From Acaryochloris thomasi RCC1774 (GTDB lineage: Bacteria > Cyanobacteriota > Cyanobacteriia > Thermosynechococcales > Thermosynechococcaceae): a stretch of DNA of 32,000 nt. Under the pieces are notes generated by a model. That model had not been told where the DNA came from and did no database searches. It saw only the letters and a list, made by a program, of their open reading frames with translations. The stretch lies in contig NZ_PQWO01000022.1 in assembly GCF_003231495.1 (NCBI RefSeq), positions 26,163 through 58,162 of the forward strand, given 5' to 3'. Of this stretch, positions 1 through 8,473 are shown piece by piece; within the stretch, counting starts at the first letter, position 1, and every line of letters begins with the position of its first letter. The translations under genes were made by a program, and so were the position numbers.

Positions 1-2
1 GC

Positions 3-146
3 AGATTAAACGAAAAAACCCTAGGACCGCTGCTCCAGTGGCTCATCGATCGCGGGAAATCTCAAATGGCCTTGGAAGTGGCGCGCATTTTCTTAAACTG
101 GTACAACCTCAAAGGGCTCTACGCCGCAAAGGCCAAGCTAGAGTAG
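3..146 (+). CDS. 3' end of an unidentified gene, truncated by the window edge
   Basis: Frame 3 is open from the window start to TAG at 144-146. It reads ...EKTLGPLLQWLIDRGKSQMALEVARIFLNWYNLKGLYAAKAKLE*, which looks more protein-like than the overlapping frame-2 N-terminal extension of ORF 38..766. Confidence 0.35.
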   Translation, partial: RLNEKTLGPLLQWLIDRGKSQMALEVARIFLNWYNLKGLYAAKAKLE

Positions 147-199
147 ATTTTATCGTGATAGCATATGGGCCTTGCCGAATATACGTTTTCAAGAGAATA

Positions 200-766
200 A
201 TGGAGATCACGTTTAAGCCTGCACCTCTGCGTTCAGCCCAGAGCTGGCTTCTATCTGGGAAAATATTAAGGACGCCGAGTGGTCAGCAGATTGATCTTTC
301 GCAGTTGATTGGGGGGCACTTCACCGATCTACCCTCCAAAAGATTCTGGATTTCGGAGTTTCAGTTATCGACCGAATCAGACAAAGTTTCGATCAAGTGC
401 AACGACGTGAAAACGGGCATTCAGCGCCACAACTATTACACATTGGTTTTTGAGGTTGTTGAGTGTCTTAAGCTCCATAACCCAAATGTAAGAATCAGAC
501 GAGGCACCAGCCGCCTGTTCAACATCATGTTTGCAGCTATTGGCCTCATTCCCTTGGGCTTTGGCCTCAGCTTTATCATTAGTGCATTACAGAATGGTAA
601 CGATGGGTTTGGGATCGGCTTCGGCGTCTTTTTCCTGTTGCTCGCGGCTTTTATTGTCTGGTGCGCCTCACCGTGGCAAAAGCCACCTGTTTCTACACCT
701 ACTGAGCTTCAAGAATGGCTCCGCAGCTGGGTTGGGGGGCGACCAGACGGTCTGCCTCCGGGCTGA
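200..766 (+). CDS. Hypothetical membrane protein: soluble N-terminal ~115 aa followed by a 2-TM hairpin
   Basis: This is ORF 38..766. I prefer the internal ATG at 200 (MEITFKP...) because the upstream part overlaps the likely 3' end of the preceding gene. Two hydrophobic segments are present (FNIMFAAIGLIPLGFGLSFIISAL and GIGFGVFFLLLAAFIVWCA). I recognise no family. Confidence 0.5.
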   Translation: MEITFKPAPLRSAQSWLLSGKILRTPSGQQIDLSQLIGGHFTDLPSKRFWISEFQLSTESDKVSIKCNDVKTGIQRHNYYTLVFEVVECLKLHNPNVRIRRGTSRLFNIMFAAIGLIPLGFGLSFIISALQNGNDGFGIGFGVFFLLLAAFIVWCASPWQKPPVSTPTELQEWLRSWVGGRPDGLPPG

Positions 767-862
767 GTCATAAATACAAACTCTCGTGTGCATCCTATAT
801 GCAGAAGCATGGGCGGCTTGTCTAATGATCAAAGCAGTCTCTTGCATCGGTGCCGTTGAGAG

Positions 863-2260
863 TTGGAAACCACCGTGTTTGACCACATACACACCACAAA
901 CGATGTTGTTGCTGGACGCTACCGTATTGTTAGCTCCCTCGGCCAAGGCAGTTCTGGAACGACCTATGAAGCAGAGGACGTGCAAACCTATCAGAGAGTC
1001 GCTCTCAAAGTCATGTCTTTTCGGGGAATGCAGGGCTGGAAGCAGTTAGAACTATTTGAGCGTGAAGCTCAAGTTCTTTCCCATCTTGAGCATCCGGGAA
1101 TTCCGCAGTATCTGGACTACTTCCAGGTTGATAGTGACCGCGATCGCCTCTTTTATCTCGTACAGGCTTTAGCACCGGGTCGATCGTTGGCTGCGTTAGT
1201 CGAGAGAGGTTGGCAGTCAACAGAGGCTGAGACGAAACGGATTGCCTCTGAGGTGCTAAATATCTTGATCTATCTACATGGCCTGACGCCACCCATCATT
1301 CATCGAGATATCAAGCCCCATAATATTATTCGTGGTCAAGATGGCTGCATTTATTTAGTGGACTTTGGCTCAGTACAGGCCGTGCTAAGTCATGCGACGG
1401 CCCACGGCAGTACGATTGTGGGTACCTACGGCTATATGGCACCCGAACAATTTCGTAGTCAAGCCTATGGTGCAACTGATCTACATGGGCTAGGGGCAAC
1501 ACTAATTTTTCTGCTGACCGGCTGTCACCCAGGAGACTTACCGCAAAAGCGTCTCAAGCTTATGTTTCGAGACAATTTGCAGATTGAGATCAAACCTCAC
1601 TTTGCCAGTTGGCTTGAACAAATGACTGAGCCCATTGCTGAGGAGCGATTTATCACAGCACAGAGAGCCCTCGCAGCCCTCAAAAGTGTTCACCTTGAAA
1701 AAAAATCTCACGATACCTCCAGCGCTGTAGAGCCGTCTGATAAACCTCCAGGTAGTCGCATTCAACTTAAAAGGACTCAAACAAAATTTGCTCTTAATAT
1801 TCCACCCATTGGTCTGCAAACAGAAACTTTTTTTATTGGAGCGACAATATCTGTACTGCTTTGGAATGTTCTTGTGCTGCTCAAAGCCAACAGTGCTCCA
1901 CCGGGTGGGGGAATGAATTCGTCTATTTTGATCTTATGTGCAGTTCTGCTCTCGGTCTTGGGGCTAAGGTTCTCGGCAGTGGCAATCTTCGAGCTGACGG
2001 GGCGCACTCGTGTCGAGATGAACGAGCAACAGTTTCGAATTAAATGGCAGACCCTATGGTCCGGAAGACAAGTGTTGGGCAAGGTTTCCAATCTAAGCAA
2101 AGCTGTACTGCAAGCTTCATACACCAGAGGGTGGCGTCAGGTTGATGCCTGTGTCTTGCCAGCAACGCCCCTGCCTCACAAGTTCGGTGAGATGCTTACG
2201 AATCCAGAGAAGAAGTGGATTGTTCAGGAACTCAATGCTTTTTTAGAGGAGCATCACTAG
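863..2260 (+). CDS. Hanks-type Ser/Thr protein kinase with a C-terminal 2-TM module
   Basis: Kinase motifs: glycine loop LGQGSSGTTY, VALK lysine, catalytic loop HRDIKPHNI, DFG, and GTYGYMAPE. The C-terminal ~170 aa contain two hydrophobic helices (FFIGATISVLLWNVLVLL, ILILCAVLLSVLGLRFSAVAIF) followed by a beta-rich tail. The tracked start at 863 is TTG; GTG at 875 is an alternative. Confidence 0.9.
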   Translation: METTVFDHIHTTNDVVAGRYRIVSSLGQGSSGTTYEAEDVQTYQRVALKVMSFRGMQGWKQLELFEREAQVLSHLEHPGIPQYLDYFQVDSDRDRLFYLVQALAPGRSLAALVERGWQSTEAETKRIASEVLNILIYLHGLTPPIIHRDIKPHNIIRGQDGCIYLVDFGSVQAVLSHATAHGSTIVGTYGYMAPEQFRSQAYGATDLHGLGATLIFLLTGCHPGDLPQKRLKLMFRDNLQIEIKPHFASWLEQMTEPIAEERFITAQRALAALKSVHLEKKSHDTSSAVEPSDKPPGSRIQLKRTQTKFALNIPPIGLQTETFFIGATISVLLWNVLVLLKANSAPPGGGMNSSILILCAVLLSVLGLRFSAVAIFELTGRTRVEMNEQQFRIKWQTLWSGRQVLGKVSNLSKAVLQASYTRGWRQVDACVLPATPLPHKFGEMLTNPEKKWIVQELNAFLEEHH

Positions 2261-2288
2261 CTTGCATTCCTGAAGTTAGCCTAAAGAT

Positions 2289-2313
2289 AGGCTGCTGCCA
2301 TAAGCAGCAGCCT
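2289..2313. terminator. Perfect 10-bp hairpin between convergent genes; possible bidirectional terminator
   Basis: AGGCTGCTGC (2289-2298), loop CATAA, GCAGCAGCCT (2304-2313). It lies between the kinase stop (2260) and the PEP-CTERM gene stop (2335). There is no strong T-run on either side. Confidence 0.45.
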
Positions 2314-2334
2314 TCATCAAAGCATTGTCTGTTA

Positions 2335-3051
2335 CTAGGCTTCTTGTGTAGCGGCCTTCTGAGACCGTCGCGCCCTGCGCTTCAGAAAAGCTCCAGCGCC
2401 GAGCAGCAAAGCGGAACCTAAGATGGTTGTTGGCTCCGGTACTGCTGCTGTGGCTAGCAAAGCCTGTGAGTTTCCATCTGTGGGATCGATTCCAAAGGAA
2501 GAGTCAGCAATCGTAGCATTTCCGACGGTTTCCCAGCCTGAGAACTCACCCGTTTCAAAGCTACCGTTTGTGCCTAAATTCAGGTTATCCACCAACAAAG
2601 CGGAATCAACAACCGTGTCGCCGACATCTACGACACCGAGGCCCAGCGTGTAGTCCCCATCTGCAGGCAGAATGAAAGAGAAGGCATTGAAGCCTGTTTC
2701 GCTATTAAAGCTAACATTGTTTCCCAGCAACGGAAAACGCGAGTTGGTGTCTGCAAGGGTTGAGTTGCCATCGGGGAAAAGTGAAATGAAAGCAAAGTCG
2801 TTGAAGGACGAAGGCGTGCTTTCGTTCGTAAGGAAGTTCCAGTCAAATGTTAAGGTTTGTCCGGTAGTCCCTGAAAAAGTCTGTTTAATAGCGGAGCCTT
2901 CGGTTGCATCACCATTCCCCAGACCATCGATCGTTCCTGAAGTGAGTCCCAAAAAAGATTCAATATCGGTGTCTGAGACAGCTTGAGCGGTGGCCGATGT
3001 TGCGGCTAAACCGATCAGTGATAGGGTTGCGATCGCAACTTTAAAGCTCAT
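2335..3051 (-). CDS. Secreted PEP-CTERM sorting-domain protein
   Basis: The C-terminus VPEPTTILGSALLLGAGAFLKRRARR has the PEP motif, a TM helix and a basic cluster. The N-terminal signal peptide is MSFKVAIATLSLIGLAATSATAQA. The mature part is Gly/Asp/Thr/Asn-rich. The start is taken at ATG 3051; ATG 3075 and the tracked start at 3102 are alternatives. Confidence 0.85.
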   Translation of the reverse strand: MSFKVAIATLSLIGLAATSATAQAVSDTDIESFLGLTSGTIDGLGNGDATEGSAIKQTFSGTTGQTLTFDWNFLTNESTPSSFNDFAFISLFPDGNSTLADTNSRFPLLGNNVSFNSETGFNAFSFILPADGDYTLGLGVVDVGDTVVDSALLVDNLNLGTNGSFETGEFSGWETVGNATIADSSFGIDPTDGNSQALLATAAVPEPTTILGSALLLGAGAFLKRRARRSQKAATQEA

Positions 3052-3276
3052 AAAACTCACACCAAGATTAGCCATTATAAATTTCAACTCTGAACGCAAC
3101 AAACACTCAAGTACATCACCGATGCACCACTAAAAATGCAGGTCTATGACCAACAACAAAACATGCTTACTTCAGCCTGAATTTTACAGAACAGCAGTGC
3201 CGCAGTTATGTATTTTTAGATACAAGCAAGATTGTCTTAAGATTGCTTTTGCGCATCCTTCTGGCTTTTTGAGAGC

Positions 3277-3795
3277 CTAACGACACCCTAGACTTTCTCT
3301 GGTATCCATACCTGTTGAAGGATTGACACCATCCGCCGTTTCACAGAGCATTGTGACCTGCATCCGATCAATCAGGGCATCAGTGAAATCGGCCCCTGTA
3401 ATATCCGTGTTGTAGAAAATACTGGAGGTGAGCAAGGCATTTACAAACAGAGCATTGCTCAAATCAGCATCATTGAAAATGACGCGATCGCCAAACGCCT
3501 CCGACAGATCTGCACCACTCAAATTTGCCCGCTGGAAGACGGCCTGGGTCAAAATCGTAGCCGACAGATTCGCTCCATGAAAATCAGCATTCCGCATATC
3601 GGCCCCAGCAAAAGAAGTGCCCGAAACATCCTTATTCGAGAAATCGGTCGCCTTTAAATCGGCCAGCGTATAGTTGACGTTGCGTTCATTTGCCGCCCAT
3701 CCAGGCTGGGGCTGGAGCCAGCCAAAGCTAACTAACCCTACTAAAAGTACGGTCCAAACGAGAGGTGTCAATCGAAACTTACGCTGGGGAATCAT
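3277..3795 (-). CDS. Pentapeptide-repeat protein with a signal peptide (thylakoid-lumen or periplasmic type)
   Basis: Tandem A(D/N)LxX-type pentapeptides are present (ADMRNADFHGANLSATILTQAVFQRANLSGADLSEA...). There is an N-terminal hydrophobic signal ending in ...GWA. Confidence 0.85.
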   Translation of the reverse strand: MIPQRKFRLTPLVWTVLLVGLVSFGWLQPQPGWAANERNVNYTLADLKATDFSNKDVSGTSFAGADMRNADFHGANLSATILTQAVFQRANLSGADLSEAFGDRVIFNDADLSNALFVNALLTSSIFYNTDITGADFTDALIDRMQVTMLCETADGVNPSTGMDTRESLGCR

Positions 3796-3915
3796 CTATC
3801 ACTGCCGGAGTTGCTTCCTTCGTAACTTACCATTCTGAAGGAATGGGTATAGCCGTTCTTGAGAGAGAACCAGAGGAATAGAGAGGCATGAGATTTATAA
3901 TTGGTGCTGAATGGC

Positions 3916-4665
3916 TCACCAGGGAAGAGGGGTACCGTCCCAGGAGAAAAACTGGCCGCTATTATCGATGTCTAAGCTGTCTAATACAGTCAGCAGTTGC
4001 GTAACGGTGCGATCGATAGAAAATAGTTTCTCGGGAGGTACGCTGCGCTGAAAAGGTTCTGATAGCTTGGTATCCGTTGTTCCTGGATGGAGCGTCACGA
4101 TAATGGTGTGGGGACTCCGGCGTCGGTATTCAATCGCCGCCGTTCGCATAAACATATTGAGAGCCGCCTTCGAGGCTCGATACCCATACCAGCCCCCCAA
4201 ACGGTTATCGCCAATGCTGCCAATTTTGGCCGAAATCGTGGCAAAGGTGCTGCGATCGCGATGCTTCAGCAACGGCAGCAAATGCTTTGCCAGCAGGGCT
4301 GCTCCAATGCTGTTGACTTGAAAATAGCGCGTTAACTTTTCTGCATTAAGCTGTCTAAGCCCCTTCTCTGGCGCTAGCTCTCCCTCATGAAGAATGCCCA
4401 CACAGTTAATAACCCAGTGCAGATAGGTGCTCTCCATCTGAATTTGTTCGCAGCACTGGGCAATTTGTTCTTCCTGGGTGATGTCAACGGACAGGCAGTG
4501 TATCCTCGGCTCCTGCTCTGCCAGCGTCAGCAGTCCTGCAGCGGACGCGGGTGATCGATAGGTCGCATAGATCTTTGTAATCTGTGGCTTTTGCAGCAGA
4601 TGGTGGACAAAGCCTAGACCAATACCCTGGCTAGCACCGACCACTAAAGCATTGGACTCACTCAT
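3916..4665 (-). CDS. Short-chain dehydrogenase/reductase (SDR) family oxidoreductase
   Basis: N-terminal Rossmann motif VVGASQGIGLG and catalytic YRASK (YxxxK). The ~249 aa length is typical of classical SDRs. Confidence 0.85.
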   Translation of the reverse strand: MSESNALVVGASQGIGLGFVHHLLQKPQITKIYATYRSPASAAGLLTLAEQEPRIHCLSVDITQEEQIAQCCEQIQMESTYLHWVINCVGILHEGELAPEKGLRQLNAEKLTRYFQVNSIGAALLAKHLLPLLKHRDRSTFATISAKIGSIGDNRLGGWYGYRASKAALNMFMRTAAIEYRRRSPHTIIVTLHPGTTDTKLSEPFQRSVPPEKLFSIDRTVTQLLTVLDSLDIDNSGQFFSWDGTPLPW

Positions 4666-5399
4666 ACTAGAGGCGGACTCGTGAGCGGAAGCTGGCTGTT
4701 GGCATCAGGGCAGGTTTGCTGTTCAAAATCACAGCGATAGATATGAGGCTTCTGCCAGCTCAGTGGAATTTCTAATAGATCACGGGTGCCCGTCAGCCCC
4801 TGCCCGAGGAAGAGCAGTGTGGCAAAGCAATTGAGGGCAATATGAATCCGTCGCCATGTTTGAGAGCGATCGCGGTAAATCTCTGGCACAATTGCCAGCG
4901 AGATAATCATCAATACAGTGGCTGCAATGCCGTAATAGAAGTGCGATATGAACCACTCATTATCGCGGCGAAAAATACCGTCCTGAGCGCCCAAAATAAT
5001 GATACCTAGACTACTGAGCGTGGCAAAGATAGCTCGCCAGTACCAGGGCTTAGCACGGTACAAAAGCACCAGCGTGGCAATAGTTGCAGCAAACATCAAG
5101 CCAATAAAAGCAACTTTGAACGGCTCCTTTGTCCAGAGCGTTTGATTAATGATATTGCTGCTGATCGGGTGAGCCATGCCGATCAGAGAGAGGCCCGTCA
5201 CTAGACCCGTGAGCCAGCGGCCAAGCTGAAGATGCTCTGGACCGACGACCGGAGCAATCTTGCTTTTGCCCCCCGCAGCAGACTGCAAGCGACGCGTTCG
5301 CGTGAGCCAAGCTCGATTCAGAACCATCCCAATCAGCGGGAAAACTACGGCCACAGCAAGGGCTGGATGCAGCAGCAGAATTATGTCGTCTATCGCCAT
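4662..5399 (-). CDS. Polytopic membrane protein, possibly DUF4079-like
   Basis: Six or more hydrophobic helices. The stop overlaps the SDR start as ATGA (4662-4665), which suggests translational coupling. The DUF4079 assignment is from memory only. Confidence 0.7.
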   Translation of the reverse strand: MAIDDIILLLHPALAVAVVFPLIGMVLNRAWLTRTRRLQSAAGGKSKIAPVVGPEHLQLGRWLTGLVTGLSLIGMAHPISSNIINQTLWTKEPFKVAFIGLMFAATIATLVLLYRAKPWYWRAIFATLSSLGIIILGAQDGIFRRDNEWFISHFYYGIAATVLMIISLAIVPEIYRDRSQTWRRIHIALNCFATLLFLGQGLTGTRDLLEIPLSWQKPHIYRCDFEQQTCPDANSQLPLTSPPLV

Positions 5400-5550
5400 C
5401 GATTTTTCAGTCTCCTTGCCCGTTGCAATATAGCCATACTAAAGGCATTCTCCCCTTGCCTGCCTGGACTCGCAAGTCTAGCGGCGTCTAGGCAACCTCA
5501 ACTTCAGCGGGCAACCGTCGATCGATTGATTTCAGCGGTCTCTAGTCCCA

Positions 5551-5985
5551 CTAATTTTGGAAAGGCGCATAGCCAAAAGTGACGTTGAATTCACGGCACC
5601 AGACGACGGCAGATTTAAAGGTCGAGGGATCAACATCAGCGGGAATTTCGTACACCTGCATTCCGTTAACCTTTTGGAGATCTCCTAGATTGACATAGTC
5701 TGTTTCGGCATAGCTTTCGGGAACCTCGGATCGATGGAGAAGTACAAATAGATCAGGCCCCTCATGGGACTGGAATGCGTCATCAAAGACAAGATAATTT
5801 TTACCCTCGTTGGTCACAATGTGAGCCTTCCCCTCTGCTGGATGATCGACGCCCACGAAGGTTCCAGCCTGTTGGGCTTGGCCCTGGTTGGCAGTGGCAG
5901 GTTGCGAGAGGGTAATGGCTCCAACACCACCAAAGGTAAGAATAGACACTAAACCGATGGCCGCAACATGATTAGCTGAACGCAT
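5551..5985 (-). CDS. Secreted DM13-domain-like protein
   Basis: A signal peptide is followed by GTFVGVDHPAEGKAHIV...YLVFDDAFQSHEGPDLFVLL...VWCREFNVTFGYAPF. This pattern matches my recollection of stand-alone DM13 domains. Confidence 0.6.
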   Translation of the reverse strand: MRSANHVAAIGLVSILTFGGVGAITLSQPATANQGQAQQAGTFVGVDHPAEGKAHIVTNEGKNYLVFDDAFQSHEGPDLFVLLHRSEVPESYAETDYVNLGDLQKVNGMQVYEIPADVDPSTFKSAVVWCREFNVTFGYAPFQN

Positions 5986-6166
5986 TTAATATTCTCCGAA
6001 TGAATGCATATTGCTACCTTAACGGCCGCTTCCCAAGTTTTTCCTGGGTTTCATCTAAGGTTTTACTGAAATCTTTCCTGGGAAGTTGTTGATTCTACCC
6101 TCATCTCATTCTCAGTTCATTGCATGATACTGAGCTTAAACTCAGAAATATCCGGTCATTCACCAA

Positions 6167-8473
6167 ATGACAGCAAAACCAGACATTTCAAGGCACATTC
6201 AGAGGCATTTTACGTCGATGGCTCCGTCCCAGCCCCCTCAAGAGAAGCGGATGATTGATGGCCGTCGTTTTAAAAAGCCCCATGCCACAACCCTCGTTCT
6301 CCTGGGATCTGCCATTGGCTTTGTGATGCTGATGATTGCCTGGTTCACGGAGGGGGGGCTAACACACAGTTTCTTTCAGGCTATGGCTGCTTGGCAGCAG
6401 CATCCACCAGCCTGGCTAGATGTTTCCACTGTACCTGCGGAGCAATTATGGTGGCCCACAGTTAGCTTGATGCTGGTGGTTTTAGGCGTAATGCGCTGCT
6501 CTCCGCAGCCCCGGCCCTGGTCTCGGACCATTGTGGTAGGCATTATTCTGGCGCTGACAGTTCGCTATATTCTTTGGCGGCTACTGGCAACGCTCAATGT
6601 GACGGATCCGATTAACGGTATTTTCAGCTTAGGACTGCTGGGGGCCGAGCTAATGTTGCTGGGGGCCACGAGCATTCAGCTTTTGCTGGTACTGCGCCAC
6701 AAAGATCAGAGTCGACGCGCGGATCAGATGGCGGTAGCGGTTCACAACGGCACCTATACGCCCTCGGTTGATGTGTTGATTCCGACCTATAACGAGCCGC
6801 TGTTCATTCTGGAGCGAACTTTGGTGGGCTGTCAGGCGATGGCCTATCCCCATAAGACGATTTATCTTTTGGACGATACTGCCCGCCCTGAGGTGGCGGC
6901 ATTAGCTGAGACATTCGGTTGCCGGTACATTGCTCGATCGGAAAGTGACCATGCTAAGGCGGGGAATCTTAATCATGCAATCGCAACTACCTCAGGTGAG
7001 CTACTCCTAGTATTTGACGCTGATTTTATCCCCACAGAAAACTTTCTCCACCGCACGGTTGGATTTTTCCAGACTGATAATATTTGCCTGGTCCAGACCC
7101 CTCAGAGCTACTACAACCCTGACCCCGTCTCCCGTAATCTCGGCTGGGCAGACGTGATGAACCCAGACGAAGAAATCTTTTATCGCTACATTCAGCCGAT
7201 TCGCGGCAGTTCGGGCAGCATGGTCTGTTGTGGCACCTCGTTTGTGATGCGCCGCAGCGCCCTAGAGTCGGTCGGAGGCTTCGTGACCAACTCTTTAAGT
7301 GAGGATTATTTCACGGGGATTCGTCTGTCAGCCCAGGGATATGAGCTGGTGTATCTGAGCGAGAAGCTGAGTGCAGGGCTCGCTGCCGAGAATATGGAAA
7401 CCTTCGCAGGGCAGCGTGCGCGCTGGGCACGTGGAACGCTGCAGGCCTTTTTTATTGACAGCAACCCCCTGACCATACCGGGCCTGACTTGGCTCCAGAG
7501 ACTAAGTCATTTTGAAGGATTGCTCAATACTCTGAATGCCTTTACGAGACTGTTCTTTTTAATCATTCCGATTATCTATGCGTTTTGGGATTTGGTGCCA
7601 ATCCGGTTCACTTATCCAGACCTGCTGTATTTTTTCGTGCCTCTTTATCTAGTTCAGCTCTCAGCCTATGCATGGCTCAATGAGCGTTCCCGTTCGGCTC
7701 TACTTTCAGATGTGTACTGGCTATCGGTTGCCATACCTCTCAGTGCCACCGTTGTAGCCTCTCTTCTGAGTCCCTTTAGCAAGGGTTTTACAGTGAGTCC
7801 AAAGGGTCTTGTTAAAGATCAGGCGTCGTTTAACTGGCGCTTGGCTTGGCCGCTGCTGCTGCTGTTAGCGATCACGCTAATTTCATTTGTCTTGAATCTG
7901 AAAGGGCTGATCACGAGGGAGTTACTGCTGGATGTCGCCAGCACCTATCGAGGTTCTAGCATCGGCCTCTTCTGGAGCAGCTATAACCTATTCATGATTG
8001 GCGTTGCGCTGCGCAGTTTAGTGGAACGACCCAAAACAGATCCTTACCACTGGTTTAAGTTGCGATGGCCGGTCCAGATTCATTGCGGTGATAACTCTTC
8101 TCTCACAGGCGTGACCACACTGGTGTCTGAGCAAGGGGCTGACTTGATGATTGCCAAAACGGATCAGCCTCCGATTGAGCTGCAGACGTCCATGACCCTC
8201 AAGATTCCAGATGAGAATCTCGTACTGCAGGGGACCGTCATCAGTAACGAAGTTGAGGGTCAGCAGCAGCACCTACGGCTTGCCTTTGACCTCAGCCAGA
8301 GCCAACGGCGTCAGCTTATCCAAGCGCTCTTTTGCCGTCCGGGACGATGGCACTATCGACAAATTCCTGGCGAAATACGGGCAACATGGATTCTGCTGCG
8401 GTGTTTAGTCTGGCCGCGTCGATCTCTATTGAAGGAGAATAAAGGGCGAGATCTCGTGGTCGCCCAAAGTTAA
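6167..8473 (+). CDS. BcsA/CesA-like family-2 processive glycosyltransferase (cellulose-synthase-like) with a C-terminal PilZ-like domain
   Basis: GT2 motifs: VLIPTYNE, YLLDD, FDADF, QTPQSYYNPD, SLSEDY, and QRARWARGTLQ (QxxRW). There are multiple TM helices on both sides of the catalytic domain. The C-terminal beta-rich ~110 aa (…WFKLRWPVQIH…LVSEQGADLMI…) look PilZ-like. Met at 6218 is an alternative start. Confidence 0.85.
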   Translation: MTAKPDISRHIQRHFTSMAPSQPPQEKRMIDGRRFKKPHATTLVLLGSAIGFVMLMIAWFTEGGLTHSFFQAMAAWQQHPPAWLDVSTVPAEQLWWPTVSLMLVVLGVMRCSPQPRPWSRTIVVGIILALTVRYILWRLLATLNVTDPINGIFSLGLLGAELMLLGATSIQLLLVLRHKDQSRRADQMAVAVHNGTYTPSVDVLIPTYNEPLFILERTLVGCQAMAYPHKTIYLLDDTARPEVAALAETFGCRYIARSESDHAKAGNLNHAIATTSGELLLVFDADFIPTENFLHRTVGFFQTDNICLVQTPQSYYNPDPVSRNLGWADVMNPDEEIFYRYIQPIRGSSGSMVCCGTSFVMRRSALESVGGFVTNSLSEDYFTGIRLSAQGYELVYLSEKLSAGLAAENMETFAGQRARWARGTLQAFFIDSNPLTIPGLTWLQRLSHFEGLLNTLNAFTRLFFLIIPIIYAFWDLVPIRFTYPDLLYFFVPLYLVQLSAYAWLNERSRSALLSDVYWLSVAIPLSATVVASLLSPFSKGFTVSPKGLVKDQASFNWRLAWPLLLLLAITLISFVLNLKGLITRELLLDVASTYRGSSIGLFWSSYNLFMIGVALRSLVERPKTDPYHWFKLRWPVQIHCGDNSSLTGVTTLVSEQGADLMIAKTDQPPIELQTSMTLKIPDENLVLQGTVISNEVEGQQQHLRLAFDLSQSQRRQLIQALFCRPGRWHYRQIPGEIRATWILLRCLVWPRRSLLKENKGRDLVVAQS

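Noticed and set aside
4067-4335. Two plus-strand ORFs (84 and 82 aa) antisense to the SDR gene
   Set aside because: The SDR frame has the Rossmann and YxxxK motifs. The antisense ORFs overlap each other, and I recognise no motif in either product.
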